In this document: positions 8,508-16,687 of the stretch, piece by piece
How positions within the stretch are numbered: the stretch's first letter is position 1
How the letters are laid out: the number at the start of each line of letters is the position of its first letter
NCBI GenBank assembly: GCA_017628755.1
Contig: JAGBYM010000095.1
Location: forward strand, 1 to 55,727
From: Clostridia bacterium
Lineage (GTDB): Bacteria > Bacillota > Clostridia > Oscillospirales > CAG-272
DNA: 55,727 nucleotides
Reading direction: 5' to 3'
Program-made: the position numbers and the translations under genes
Notes under the pieces: generated by a model
What the model saw: the letters and a program-made list of their open reading frames with translations, nothing else
Database searches by the model: none
Told to the model about the DNA's origin: nothing

Positions 8508-9353
8508 CTATTTAGTAAATCTTTTTGCATATCCGCATCTTTGGCAGAGTTCTTCGACCGCACGGCGGCGGGTGAATCCGTCATAGATCGCGCGGGCGCG
8601 CGGGGTTGCGAGAATATCGTCTATCTCGCTTTCAAAAAGGTTACCAAGTGTGACGATTCCCTCAGAATCAAGACAGCAAGGCACAACACTTCCGTCAACG
8701 AGCACGCCGAACTGATCGCGCAGTCCGTGGCAGAAGCAGTCTCCACTCTCGCCTATCGATGGCGCGGCGAGATCGGGCCAATCGAATCTGTCGCCGAATT
8801 CAAGGAAGAGGCGCGAATGCAAGCGGTAGCTGTCTCCGCCGCGCATAGGTTTCCATTCCTCGGGAAATTTTTCGTGCAGACGGGCAAGCACCGCCTCGTT
8901 TGTCTTTTCGTCCTCCGAACCGAGGTTCCATAGGCGGAGAACGGTGTATATTCCTTTTTCCGATGCCCTGAGCGCAAAATCCGCGCAGTTGTCGAGATAC
9001 GCGGGATCGGCAAACGCGGGATTCGCGGCGGGCGCGTGAAGCGAGATGCTGATCTTATAAAAGGGAGACGAAAGCAGATCTTCTCCGCATTTTGAAAGCA
9101 GAGCGCCGTTTGTGGTCAGCATCGGCAAAAATCCCTTTTCGCTCGCCTTTTTTACAAATTCGGGCAAAAGAGGATGCAGAGTCGGCTCGCCCATAAGGTG
9201 AAAGAAAAGATACTGCACCTTCCCGCGCAGACGGTCGGTAAGAATATCAAACTCCTCCGCGCTCATGAACTTCTTCTGCCTCTTCGTCTTGTGGCAGAAC
9301 GAGCAGGAAAGGTTGCATACGTTCGTTATTTCGAGATAGGCTTTGTTTATCAT
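8508..9353 (-). CDS. Radical SAM protein with SPASM/twitch C-terminal domain
   Basis: CNLSCSFC, GEPTLHP, C-terminal C..DGSVVPCCLD..CQRC; ATG 9353 with GAGGAG RBS. Confidence 0.88.
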   Translation of the reverse strand: MINKAYLEITNVCNLSCSFCHKTKRQKKFMSAEEFDILTDRLRGKVQYLFFHLMGEPTLHPLLPEFVKKASEKGFLPMLTTNGALLSKCGEDLLSSPFYKISISLHAPAANPAFADPAYLDNCADFALRASEKGIYTVLRLWNLGSEDEKTNEAVLARLHEKFPEEWKPMRGGDSYRLHSRLFLEFGDRFDWPDLAAPSIGESGDCFCHGLRDQFGVLVDGSVVPCCLDSEGIVTLGNLFESEIDDILATPRARAIYDGFTRRRAVEELCQRCGYAKRFTK

Positions 9354-9383
9354 TTTCCCGCTCCTCATTTTTCTTTATCTATT

Positions 9384-9450
9384 ATGATACCACAAAAACT
9401 CCTATTTGTCAATCGCGTGGGTTGACAAATATTATTTCTTATGTTATAAT
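9384..9450. promoter_or_regulatory. Divergent sigma-A promoters
   Basis: + strand TTGACA(9422)-17-TATAAT(9445); - strand TTGACA(9412)-17-TATCAT(9389); both with extended TG. Confidence 0.7.
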
Positions 9451-9477
9451 AAATAAAAAAAGATAAGGAGACCGATC

Positions 9478-10026
9478 ATGGACAACGCTCAAAACGTACT
9501 GATCGCGGAAAGAAATCTGTTTCGCGGCAGAGAAAAAAAGATACCGATCCTGATTGCGACATTACTTCTTATCGCGGGAATAATCGCGATTATCTGCCAA
9601 AGACCGGATGACGTCAAGTTCGTTGAGCACTTGTACAACAACACTCATGAAAAAGTTGATGTGGCTACCATGATTGGACCGCCGTACTCTCTTCATCCGA
9701 TCAATGCTTTAAGCGGACTTGACGTACATATTCAAAACAAGGATGCAGAGACTCAAACCTTCACATATTCGGGTATGGAGGAATCCTTCAATATTCTGAA
9801 AAAGATCATAGAAACCGACATTGTCAATATCCCCCGCAAAGAACGCGGACTTGAAGACAGCGTGTATACGATCGTTCTGAAGTGCGAATGCCACTCCGAA
9901 CAGTATCTTTGCTTCAATTCAGGACTCAGCGAAATCTGGATAATTACGGACGAAGAATCAGCCCCCGCATACAAGATCAAAAACACCTCAGCTTTCAAGG
10001 AGTACCTTGAAGAGTTAGTTAAATAA
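9478..10026 (+). CDS. Hypothetical protein with one N-terminal TM helix
   Basis: RBS AAGGAG, own promoter and terminator; hydrophobic segment near residues 22-40. Confidence 0.7.
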   Translation: MDNAQNVLIAERNLFRGREKKIPILIATLLLIAGIIAIICQRPDDVKFVEHLYNNTHEKVDVATMIGPPYSLHPINALSGLDVHIQNKDAETQTFTYSGMEESFNILKKIIETDIVNIPRKERGLEDSVYTIVLKCECHSEQYLCFNSGLSEIWIITDEESAPAYKIKNTSAFKEYLEELVK

Positions 10027-10027
10027 T

Positions 10028-10062
10028 AAAAAAAGCAGAATCGGATCCGATTCTGCCTTTTT
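10028..10062. terminator. Bidirectional terminator
   Basis: A-tract, gcagaatcgg/ccgattctgc stem, T-tract. Confidence 0.8.
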
Positions 10063-10065
10063 ATA

Positions 10066-10809
10066 TCAGTATCTCTCGCGGAGCGCGGTGCTTGCATGTC
10101 CCATCGGCAAGCCGTCGCGATAGAGATGTGAGTCATTCGAGAGCGTCATAACTCTGGCGCGGGCGTAGCCATCAAAGCTCCATCCTCTGCCCTCGTCAAA
10201 AACGATCGCGGTGACACCCGTGTGCTTCATTTCAAAATGAGTCGAATAATAGGGGAACGGAATATCAAGAAGCTCGCTCATGAAGATCTTACCCGCGCCC
10301 TCGTGCGCAAACAGCGCGACACGTTTATCCTTTATGTCCTTTGTGACCTTGTACATTCCGCGCTCGCGGTCATGCTCAAGTCCGAAAGAGGCAAGCCACA
10401 GGTCAAGATTCGTTCCGATACGCTCAACCGATTTTTCAAGATGGAATTCGGCAAGCTTCGGGTGCTCGTGCCAGCTGTCGCCCATACTTCTTACCTCACG
10501 CGAGGCAAGGAGCTGCGAATATATCGGGTTCGCCCAACACCAGGTTTCGGATTTCTCGTCGATCGGAAGTGCCATTTCGCGGTAAGCATATTTTTCGTGC
10601 ATCCAATCAAGCAGTATCGGCTCCTTGCCGAGAAGCTCACAGGTCGGCTGTGCAGTCTGCATAGCGCGTGTCGAGGTCGAAGCATAGATCTCGTCAACGC
10701 CGAAAAGCGCAAGACGCTTTGCTACAGACTCTGCCTGACGGTGTCCGAGGGGTGTAAGCTGATCAGGATTATAGATCGGATCGCCGTGGCGAATGTAAAA
10801 GAGTATCAT
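10066..10809 (-). CDS. Histidine phosphatase (phosphoglycerate mutase-like) family protein
   Basis: IRHG, LTPLG..QA, RA.QTA, FAHEG, NDSHL. Confidence 0.88.
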   Translation of the reverse strand: MILFYIRHGDPIYNPDQLTPLGHRQAESVAKRLALFGVDEIYASTSTRAMQTAQPTCELLGKEPILLDWMHEKYAYREMALPIDEKSETWCWANPIYSQLLASREVRSMGDSWHEHPKLAEFHLEKSVERIGTNLDLWLASFGLEHDRERGMYKVTKDIKDKRVALFAHEGAGKIFMSELLDIPFPYYSTHFEMKHTGVTAIVFDEGRGWSFDGYARARVMTLSNDSHLYRDGLPMGHASTALRERY

Positions 10810-11375
10810 TTCCCGTCTCCTTCTGAAAGTCTTTTAAGATCAATATTTTCAATTTCGACGTCATCAACGTCGGGCATGCAGACCGAAAGCGACATGCCGC
10901 AAAGCTCGGTCTGATAGAGGTATTCGTCAAGGTCGAAAATGCAGAAAGCCGAAAAATCTCCGTCGATTCCGTCGCCCGTAAATTTCACGTAGGCTTCCTT
11001 CGCTGTCCAGATGTTATAAAACGCCGAAACCGTATCGGCATCAAGTGCATCAACCTCGTCGAAATGGAAAAAACGAGCCGCTATCTTACGGCAACGCTCC
11101 TCCTCGTCGGGGCGTTTTTTGTATTCCTGAATATCAACTCCTACAGGAGAATCCGAAAGCGCGCACACGAAAACACTTCCGCTGTGACTGACAGAAAAAT
11201 GCAGATCGGGCATATTCGGGAAATAGGGTTTGCCTTTAGACTGACGCTCGATTTTCAGCAATTCGGATTCGGGAGTAATACCATTTTCTCGCAAAAGATG
11301 GTAACGCGCAATCGCGGCAACCTTTTCATCCGTCGAATAATCCTTTTCATCTTCGCAATAATATAAAAAGACCAT
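10806..11375 (-). CDS. Sfp-type 4'-phosphopantetheinyl transferase
   Basis: GKPYF, FSVSHSG, VGVDIQ, WTAKEAYVK; ATG at 11375 with GGGAGG RBS. Confidence 0.88.
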   Translation of the reverse strand: MVFLYYCEDEKDYSTDEKVAAIARYHLLRENGITPESELLKIERQSKGKPYFPNMPDLHFSVSHSGSVFVCALSDSPVGVDIQEYKKRPDEEERCRKIAARFFHFDEVDALDADTVSAFYNIWTAKEAYVKFTGDGIDGDFSAFCIFDLDEYLYQTELCGMSLSVCMPDVDDVEIENIDLKRLSEGDGK

Positions 11376-11444
11376 TTTGCCCTCCCTAATCCGATATTTA
11401 TGTATATTATACCACATTAAAACGCACATTTCAAGTTTTTTGCC

Positions 11445-11477
11445 AAAAAAACGAGCAGGCGCCGAAGCGCCCGCTCT
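11445..11477 (-). terminator. Terminator of the SASP gene
   Basis: Minus strand gagcgggcgc-ttcg-gcgcctgctc followed by T-run. Confidence 0.75.
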
Positions 11478-11494
11478 TATTGTTTCAAAAGCTT

Positions 11495-11680
11495 TTAGTT
11501 CTTGCCCTGAAGCTCGTTCTCGTACTTCTCAACCATCTTCTTTACCATCTGACCGCCGATAGAGCCAGCCTGACGTGCGGTGAGATCGCCGTTATAACCC
11601 TGGTTGAGAGTTACACCTACTTCGTTTGCTGCTTCGTTCTTAAACTGCTCGAGAGCCTTCTTTGCATTCTTGTTAGCCAT
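11495..11680 (-). CDS. alpha/beta-type small acid-soluble spore protein (SASP)
   Basis: ALEQFKNEAANEVGV...YNGDLTARQAGSIGGQMVKKM; RBS AAGGAG. Confidence 0.92.
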   Translation of the reverse strand: MANKNAKKALEQFKNEAANEVGVTLNQGYNGDLTARQAGSIGGQMVKKMVEKYENELQGKN

Positions 11681-11959
11681 TTTGAAATTCTCCTTATGCT
11701 TATAGCATTAACTTCTTTTCTTGGGGTGCAATCGCTCGCGGATCTATTTGCGGCTGCTTTTGCAACCGATATGCGTGCGAATGCGAATCTATATCAATTG
11801 AGCCCGCACGCCGACTTGTCGCATGAGATTCGGTTGCCGCGTTTTCTCCGCGCCGCCGACTTGCGTTCTCTGCTAATATTGTTCACCGCATTCGAATTTA
11901 TATGAATTCCTTTTTTTGAGAAAAACGCATCCTATTTTTATTTGTTTACAAAAAAGTAA

Positions 11960-11988
11960 TTGACAATTTTATGGTTTTAGTTTATAAT
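11960..11988 (+). promoter_or_regulatory. sigma-A promoter
   Basis: TTGACA-17 nt-TATAAT. Confidence 0.8.
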
Positions 11989-12022
11989 ATTGGTAACTAT
12001 TTTAATAATGGAGGATTATGAA

Positions 12023-13522
12023 ATGAAGCTTTCAATTCGCATTCTTACCGCCATTCTGGCGATCATTATGCTTGTCCCCGCGGCTGTGTCGTGTGCTAAT
12101 ACCAACGACCCCGAAGATACCAAGGGCGATGCAATCACCACCGCTCCCGAGGCAGGCAATCAGCAGACCAACCCCGAGGAAGTAGAAACACAAATCACTT
12201 CCAACATTCCCGCAGACCTCAAGTTCACCGGCGAGACCGTAAAGATCCTTTACTGGCAGGACGTTGAGAACCCCGAGTTCTTCGTTGAAGACACCAACGG
12301 CGAATCCGTAAACGACGCTATCTACACCAGAAATGAGCGTGTACAGGATCAGTTCGGTATTACCCTTGATTACACCGGCACACCCGGTAACTACAACAAC
12401 CAGGCTGCATTCATCAGCACCTGCCTTAACAGCACTCAGTCCGGCGCTGACGGTCACGACATTTTTGCCGGCTACTCCATGACCGGTGCTACCCTTATGA
12501 CTCAGGGTCTGGCTCAGGATCTTACCCAGTATCCTATCATTGAGCTCAACAAGCCCTGGTGGCCCGCAACTCTCATCGAAAAAGCAACCATCCGCGACGG
12601 TATCTACTTCACATCCGGTGATATTTCCACCAACTACCTCTATATGATGTACGGTACCTTCTTCAACAAGGATATGTTCATCGACATTCACGGTGAGCAC
12701 AGTGTTCTCTACGATCTTGTTCACGATCAGCAGTGGACTCTCGATAAGTTCATCGAATACTGCACCGGCGTATTCCTTGATCAGAACGGCGACACCGTAG
12801 CAAGCGAGGGTGACCGTTTCGGCTTCACCACCATCAACATTCACTTTGACGCCTTCTACACAGGTTCCGAGCTCTCTACCGTTGTTACTAACGAGGAAGG
12901 TAGCCTTATCCTTTCCGAGGACTTCTACTCTCAGAAGGCAACCGACCTTGTAACCAAGGTTTGTGCATTCCTTCACGATTCCGGTGATTCTTGGATCCTC
13001 AACAACTCAACTATCTTCTCTCAGAGCCAGGCTCTCTTCACCATCGACCGTGTACATCTTGCATCGAGACACCTCAAGGACGTAGACTTCAACTTTGGTA
13101 TTCTTCCCATTCCGAAGTATGATCTCAACCAGGAAAACTACAGAACCTGTATGGCATTCCCCTTCACCACCTACGTACTCTCTGTTGCAGCTCCCGCAGC
13201 TGAGGCAGCAGCAGCAACTCTCGAGCTCCTCGCATACCAGAGCTACCTCCTCGTAACCCCCGCACTCTTCGAGGAATCCATGAAGCTCAGATATGCAGAT
13301 GCAGGCGATGACTCGCTGATGTACGATATCATCCGTCAGTCGGTTGTTATTGACCTTGGCAGACTTCTCACCACTCAGGTCAACAACTACTCTTACAGCA
13401 TCTTCCGCAGCGCAGTCAACAGCAACGCTGCAGGCTCTTGGGACTCCTCCAAGAAGGCAAACGGAAGACTCTTCGAAAGAAAGATCGATGCTGTAAACAC
13501 GGCCATCGAAAAACTCGGTTAA
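12023..13522 (+). CDS. Extracellular solute-binding lipoprotein, paralog of 1020-2564, orphan
   Basis: Lipobox AVSC; shares ILYW.DVE.PEF, PWWP, SGDISTN, WT.DK, FYTGS, GILP.P.YD and DLGR with the first paralog. Confidence 0.8.
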   Translation: MKLSIRILTAILAIIMLVPAAVSCANTNDPEDTKGDAITTAPEAGNQQTNPEEVETQITSNIPADLKFTGETVKILYWQDVENPEFFVEDTNGESVNDAIYTRNERVQDQFGITLDYTGTPGNYNNQAAFISTCLNSTQSGADGHDIFAGYSMTGATLMTQGLAQDLTQYPIIELNKPWWPATLIEKATIRDGIYFTSGDISTNYLYMMYGTFFNKDMFIDIHGEHSVLYDLVHDQQWTLDKFIEYCTGVFLDQNGDTVASEGDRFGFTTINIHFDAFYTGSELSTVVTNEEGSLILSEDFYSQKATDLVTKVCAFLHDSGDSWILNNSTIFSQSQALFTIDRVHLASRHLKDVDFNFGILPIPKYDLNQENYRTCMAFPFTTYVLSVAAPAAEAAAATLELLAYQSYLLVTPALFEESMKLRYADAGDDSLMYDIIRQSVVIDLGRLLTTQVNNYSYSIFRSAVNSNAAGSWDSSKKANGRLFERKIDAVNTAIEKLG

Positions 13523-13538
13523 TTCCGAAAATACATAA

Positions 13539-13577
13539 ATAAATGCTGTACCGCCCCGCGGTACAGCATTTATTTTA
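13539..13577 (+). terminator. Intrinsic terminator
   Basis: aaatgctgtaccgc/gcggtacagcattt stem followed by T-rich tail. Confidence 0.8.
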
Positions 13578-13607
13578 CCTATTTTCAAGTAAAAAACAAA
13601 AAAACGA

Positions 13608-13636
13608 TTGACAAACGCTTCATTTTAGTTTATAAT
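13608..13636 (+). promoter_or_regulatory. sigma-A promoter of tyrS
   Basis: TTGACA-17 nt-TATAAT, 44 nt before the ATG. Confidence 0.8.
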
Positions 13637-13680
13637 AATTAGGTATATCAAAATCTAATTTTCGCAAAGGATAAACAAAA

Positions 13681-14901
13681 ATGACACTTTATGAAGAACT
13701 TATCGCGCGCGGTCTTGTAGCTCAGGTTACCGACGAGGCGCATATCAGCGATATGATCAACAACGGCAAAGCCACCTTCTACATCGGCTTTGACCCCACA
13801 GCAGATTCCCTGCACGTAGGTCACTTCATGGCTCTCTGCCTTATGAAGAGACTCCAGATGGCAGGCAATAAGCCCGTCGTTCTCATCGGCGGCGGCACCG
13901 CTATGATCGGCGACCCCTCGGGCAGAACCGACATGCGTTCCATGATGACCCGCGAGACAATTCAGCACAACTGCGACTGCTTCAAGAAGCAGATGGAAAG
14001 ATTCATCGAGTTCGGCGAAGGCAAGGCTATCATGGTCAACAACGCGGACTGGCTTCTCGACCTCAACTACGTTGAAGTCCTCCGTGAAGTCGGCGCTTGC
14101 TTCTCCGTTAACAACATGCTCCGCGCAGAATGCTACAAGCAGAGAATGGAGAAGGGTCTCTCCTTCCTTGAATTCAACTATATGATTATGCAGTCCTACG
14201 ACTTCTACTATCTCTACCAGAAGTACGGCTGCAACATGCAGTTCGGCGGCAACGACCAGTGGTCGAACATGCTCGGCGGTACCGAGCTTATCAGACGTAA
14301 GCTTGGCAAGGACGCTCACGCAATGACCATCACTCTTCTCCTCAACTCCGAGGGCAAGAAGATGGGTAAGACCGCTTCGGGCGCAGTATGGCTCGATCCC
14401 GCAAAGACCACTCCCTACGATTTCTATCAGTACTGGAGAAACGTTGAGGACGCAGACGTTCTCAAGTGCATCCGTATGCTTACCTTCCTCCCCATGGAGC
14501 AGATCGAGGCTATGGACAGCTGGGAAGGCAGCCAGCTCAACACTGCAAAGGAGATCCTCGCTTACGAGCTCACCAAGCTTGTTCACGGCGAAGAGGAAGC
14601 AAACAAGGCTCAGGCAAGCGCGAAGGCGCTCTTCGGCGCAGGTGCGGATGCAGACATCCCCACCGCAGAGCTTGCAGAGTCCGATCTCATCGACGGCGCG
14701 ATCGACATTCTTTCCATCCTCGTCAAGGCAGGACTCGTTCCCTCCAAGTCCGAGGCACGCCGTGCAGTTGAACAGGGCGGCGTAACCGTCGAGGGCGAGA
14801 AGGTCACCGACATCAAGGCGACCTACACCGCAGATACACTTAAGAACGGTATCGTTGTCCGCAGAGGCAAGAAGGCGTTCAAGAAAGTAGTGCTTAACTA
14901 A
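13681..14901 (+). CDS. tyrS: Tyrosine--tRNA ligase
   Basis: YIGFDPTADSLHVGH, QFGGNDQW, KKMGKT, C-terminal S4 domain. Confidence 0.97.
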   Translation: MTLYEELIARGLVAQVTDEAHISDMINNGKATFYIGFDPTADSLHVGHFMALCLMKRLQMAGNKPVVLIGGGTAMIGDPSGRTDMRSMMTRETIQHNCDCFKKQMERFIEFGEGKAIMVNNADWLLDLNYVEVLREVGACFSVNNMLRAECYKQRMEKGLSFLEFNYMIMQSYDFYYLYQKYGCNMQFGGNDQWSNMLGGTELIRRKLGKDAHAMTITLLLNSEGKKMGKTASGAVWLDPAKTTPYDFYQYWRNVEDADVLKCIRMLTFLPMEQIEAMDSWEGSQLNTAKEILAYELTKLVHGEEEANKAQASAKALFGAGADADIPTAELAESDLIDGAIDILSILVKAGLVPSKSEARRAVEQGGVTVEGEKVTDIKATYTADTLKNGIVVRRGKKAFKKVVLN

Positions 14902-14909
14902 ACAAACGA

Positions 14910-14944
14910 AAAAACGGCAGTTCGGTTGACGGACTGCCGTTTTT
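14910..14944 (+). terminator. Intrinsic terminator
   Basis: acggcagttcg/cggactgccgt stem followed by T-run. Confidence 0.8.
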
Positions 14945-15210
14945 GAGTGCAGAGTTCAGAGTGCAGAGTTATGGTGAATTTCCTCGCAAGCGAGGAAATT
15001 TTCGATTATATTTAAAGAGCAAAAGTTTGATCAAACTTTTCAAAGTTTGCGGAGCACGAGGCAGAGCCTCGGACTAATGCGAGAGCTTTAGCTCTCGCTA
15101 ACTGCTTCAAAATTCTGAAGCTCCGCTTCTGAATTTTGGACAGAGTCAATACTTCCCGAATGTAGGGAAGTATTGCGCTCTGTCACCCCGCGCGCTCAAA
15201 GCGAGCGAAA
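14945..15210. repeat. Cluster of heptamer repeats and at least six consecutive hairpins (REP/MITE-like)
   Basis: gagtgca/gagttca/gagtgca/gagttat; stems aatttcctcgc/gcgaggaaatt, aaaagtttg/caaactttt, cgaggc/gcctcg, gcgagagc/gctctcgc, caatacttccc/gggaagtattg. Confidence 0.7.
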
Positions 15211-15276
15211 AGATCAAATATTTTACTTGCATAATATCAAAATTTTTGATATAATAAAACAAAAACGGTAACTGTA

Positions 15277-15798
15277 ATGAAGAAAAATAAATTCCTCAAA
15301 AAGCTGTTCAAAAAGAAGATGACACTTGAGCAAGCTATACTGTTCCTCATTGTCGGACTAATCCTCGGCACGGTGTTCACCTTTGGACTGCAATATTGGA
15401 AAGCTCCGATAGAACGCGAAGAAGCAATTTCCGTTGAGGCGGAATATTCATATCACAAAAAAACATCATTTCGCCGCCCCGATTCGCACGCAGTAAGCAT
15501 CCATTGTTCCGACGGAGAAATATACGATATCGATGCGCATTGCGTTACCAATGATATTTTTGATTTCACCGATTCTCTTGCAAAAGGAACAAAACTCAAT
15601 ATGCTGATCCATCCAAACTCGAACACCATCCTCTCGCTCGATGTTTACGGAGAGAATATTCTTGATTTCGATGAAGTACAGGAAAAGCTTGATTACGCCA
15701 ATACCGCTTTTCTCTGCCTCGGAATATTTATGTACCTTCTTGCTGTTTGCGGAGCGGTCAGACTTATTGTGATTGCTGTACGGAAATTTAAGAAGTGA
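15277..15798 (+). CDS. Hypothetical membrane protein (two TM helices flanking an extracytoplasmic domain)
   Basis: Hydrophobic N- and C-terminal helices; upstream TATAAT and downstream terminator. Confidence 0.7.
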   Translation: MKKNKFLKKLFKKKMTLEQAILFLIVGLILGTVFTFGLQYWKAPIEREEAISVEAEYSYHKKTSFRRPDSHAVSIHCSDGEIYDIDAHCVTNDIFDFTDSLAKGTKLNMLIHPNSNTILSLDVYGENILDFDEVQEKLDYANTAFLCLGIFMYLLAVCGAVRLIVIAVRKFKK

Positions 15799-15838
15799 AT
15801 TAGAAAAAGCTCCCTGATGGGGAGCTTTTTCTAATTCC
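15797..15838. terminator. Bidirectional terminator
   Basis: gaattagaaaaagctccc/gggagctttttctaattc perfect stem. Confidence 0.85.
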
Positions 15839-15875
15839 AAACATCCGGCGGGGCGCCGTCTGTTTAAAGCACATT

Positions 15876-15947
15876 TCGGGGCGTCGCCCCGTACCCCACT
15901 TAAGGAACTTTTTGAAAAAAGTTCCTTAAGAATCTTCAAAAACTTTC
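15876..15947. repeat. REP-like palindromic element
   Basis: cggggc-gtc-gccccg then cttaaggaacttttt-ga-aaaaagttccttaag. Confidence 0.6.
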
Positions 15948-15952
15948 CGCTA

Positions 15953-16570
15953 TTAGAGATTCCGGATATACTCCGCAAACACATCTGCCATATGCTTACA
16001 AGCTTTTTCTGACATATGAGTTCCGTCGGGCATGGACTCGGGGTTGAAGGGATCGAGCTCGGGATCATCGTGGAAGTTCAGCGGCTCAATGCCCTCGCTT
16101 CGGCAAACTGCTACGAAAGCATTGTGGAAGTCAATATGCTTAAGGTCATCGTTTCTCTTCTGCGGCTCTTTTTTCTTTCTCATAGAGTCCGAGACGATAA
16201 GGCGGGACTCGGGGTAATCACTCTTGATCATTCTGATAAGCGATCGGAGCGCGCCGCAGTAAGTATAGGGATCGGTCGAATCGATCTCACCGAGAGGAAT
16301 GCAATGGTTGCAGTCGTTGCCGCCACCCTGGACGATGATGATATCCGCGCCGTGCTCCATCATAGGCGCGCGTTCAAAATAGCTGTCCTCTCTTCCCTCC
16401 TGCTTTGCGATATTCGTACCGCTGACGCCGTAATTTCGCGTCACACAGCGCAGACGGAGGCCGAGCAGGACGGGATAATTGATCTCCTTGGTCTTGATGC
16501 CCTCGTTGTCAATAAGGATACGGGTATTCGACGCACCAAGGCAGTTTATCACAAGTTTTTCAGTATTCAT
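15953..16570 (-). CDS. SGNH/GDSL hydrolase family protein
   Basis: Blocks CLGASNT, NYGVSG, GGGND, DGTH. Confidence 0.85.
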   Translation of the reverse strand: MNTEKLVINCLGASNTRILIDNEGIKTKEINYPVLLGLRLRCVTRNYGVSGTNIAKQEGREDSYFERAPMMEHGADIIIVQGGGNDCNHCIPLGEIDSTDPYTYCGALRSLIRMIKSDYPESRLIVSDSMRKKKEPQKRNDDLKHIDFHNAFVAVCRSEGIEPLNFHDDPELDPFNPESMPDGTHMSEKACKHMADVFAEYIRNL

Positions 16571-16631
16571 TAAAAAGCTTCCTTATTCATTTTTCTAAAG
16601 TATAGCACAAGTTTGAGAGTTTGTCAATAAA

Positions 16632-16672
16632 AAATCGGCGATAATACCGAATTTCGGTATCATCGCCGATTA
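16632..16672 (-). terminator. Terminator closing the ABC/nuclease operon
   Basis: aatcggcgataataccga/tcggtatcatcgccgatt stem; A-tract on + strand gives the U-tail on the minus strand. Confidence 0.8.
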
Positions 16673-16687
16673 TATTGTTTTTTGATA

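Noticed and set aside
8508-11375. RiPP or NRPS/PKS cluster suggested by the radical SAM-SPASM protein and the Sfp PPTase
   Set aside because: No precursor peptide, carrier protein, synthetase or exporter is visible; both genes commonly occur alone.
13580-13680. T-box riboswitch upstream of tyrS
   Set aside because: The promoter is only 44 nt from the ATG, leaving no room, and no T-box consensus is visible.
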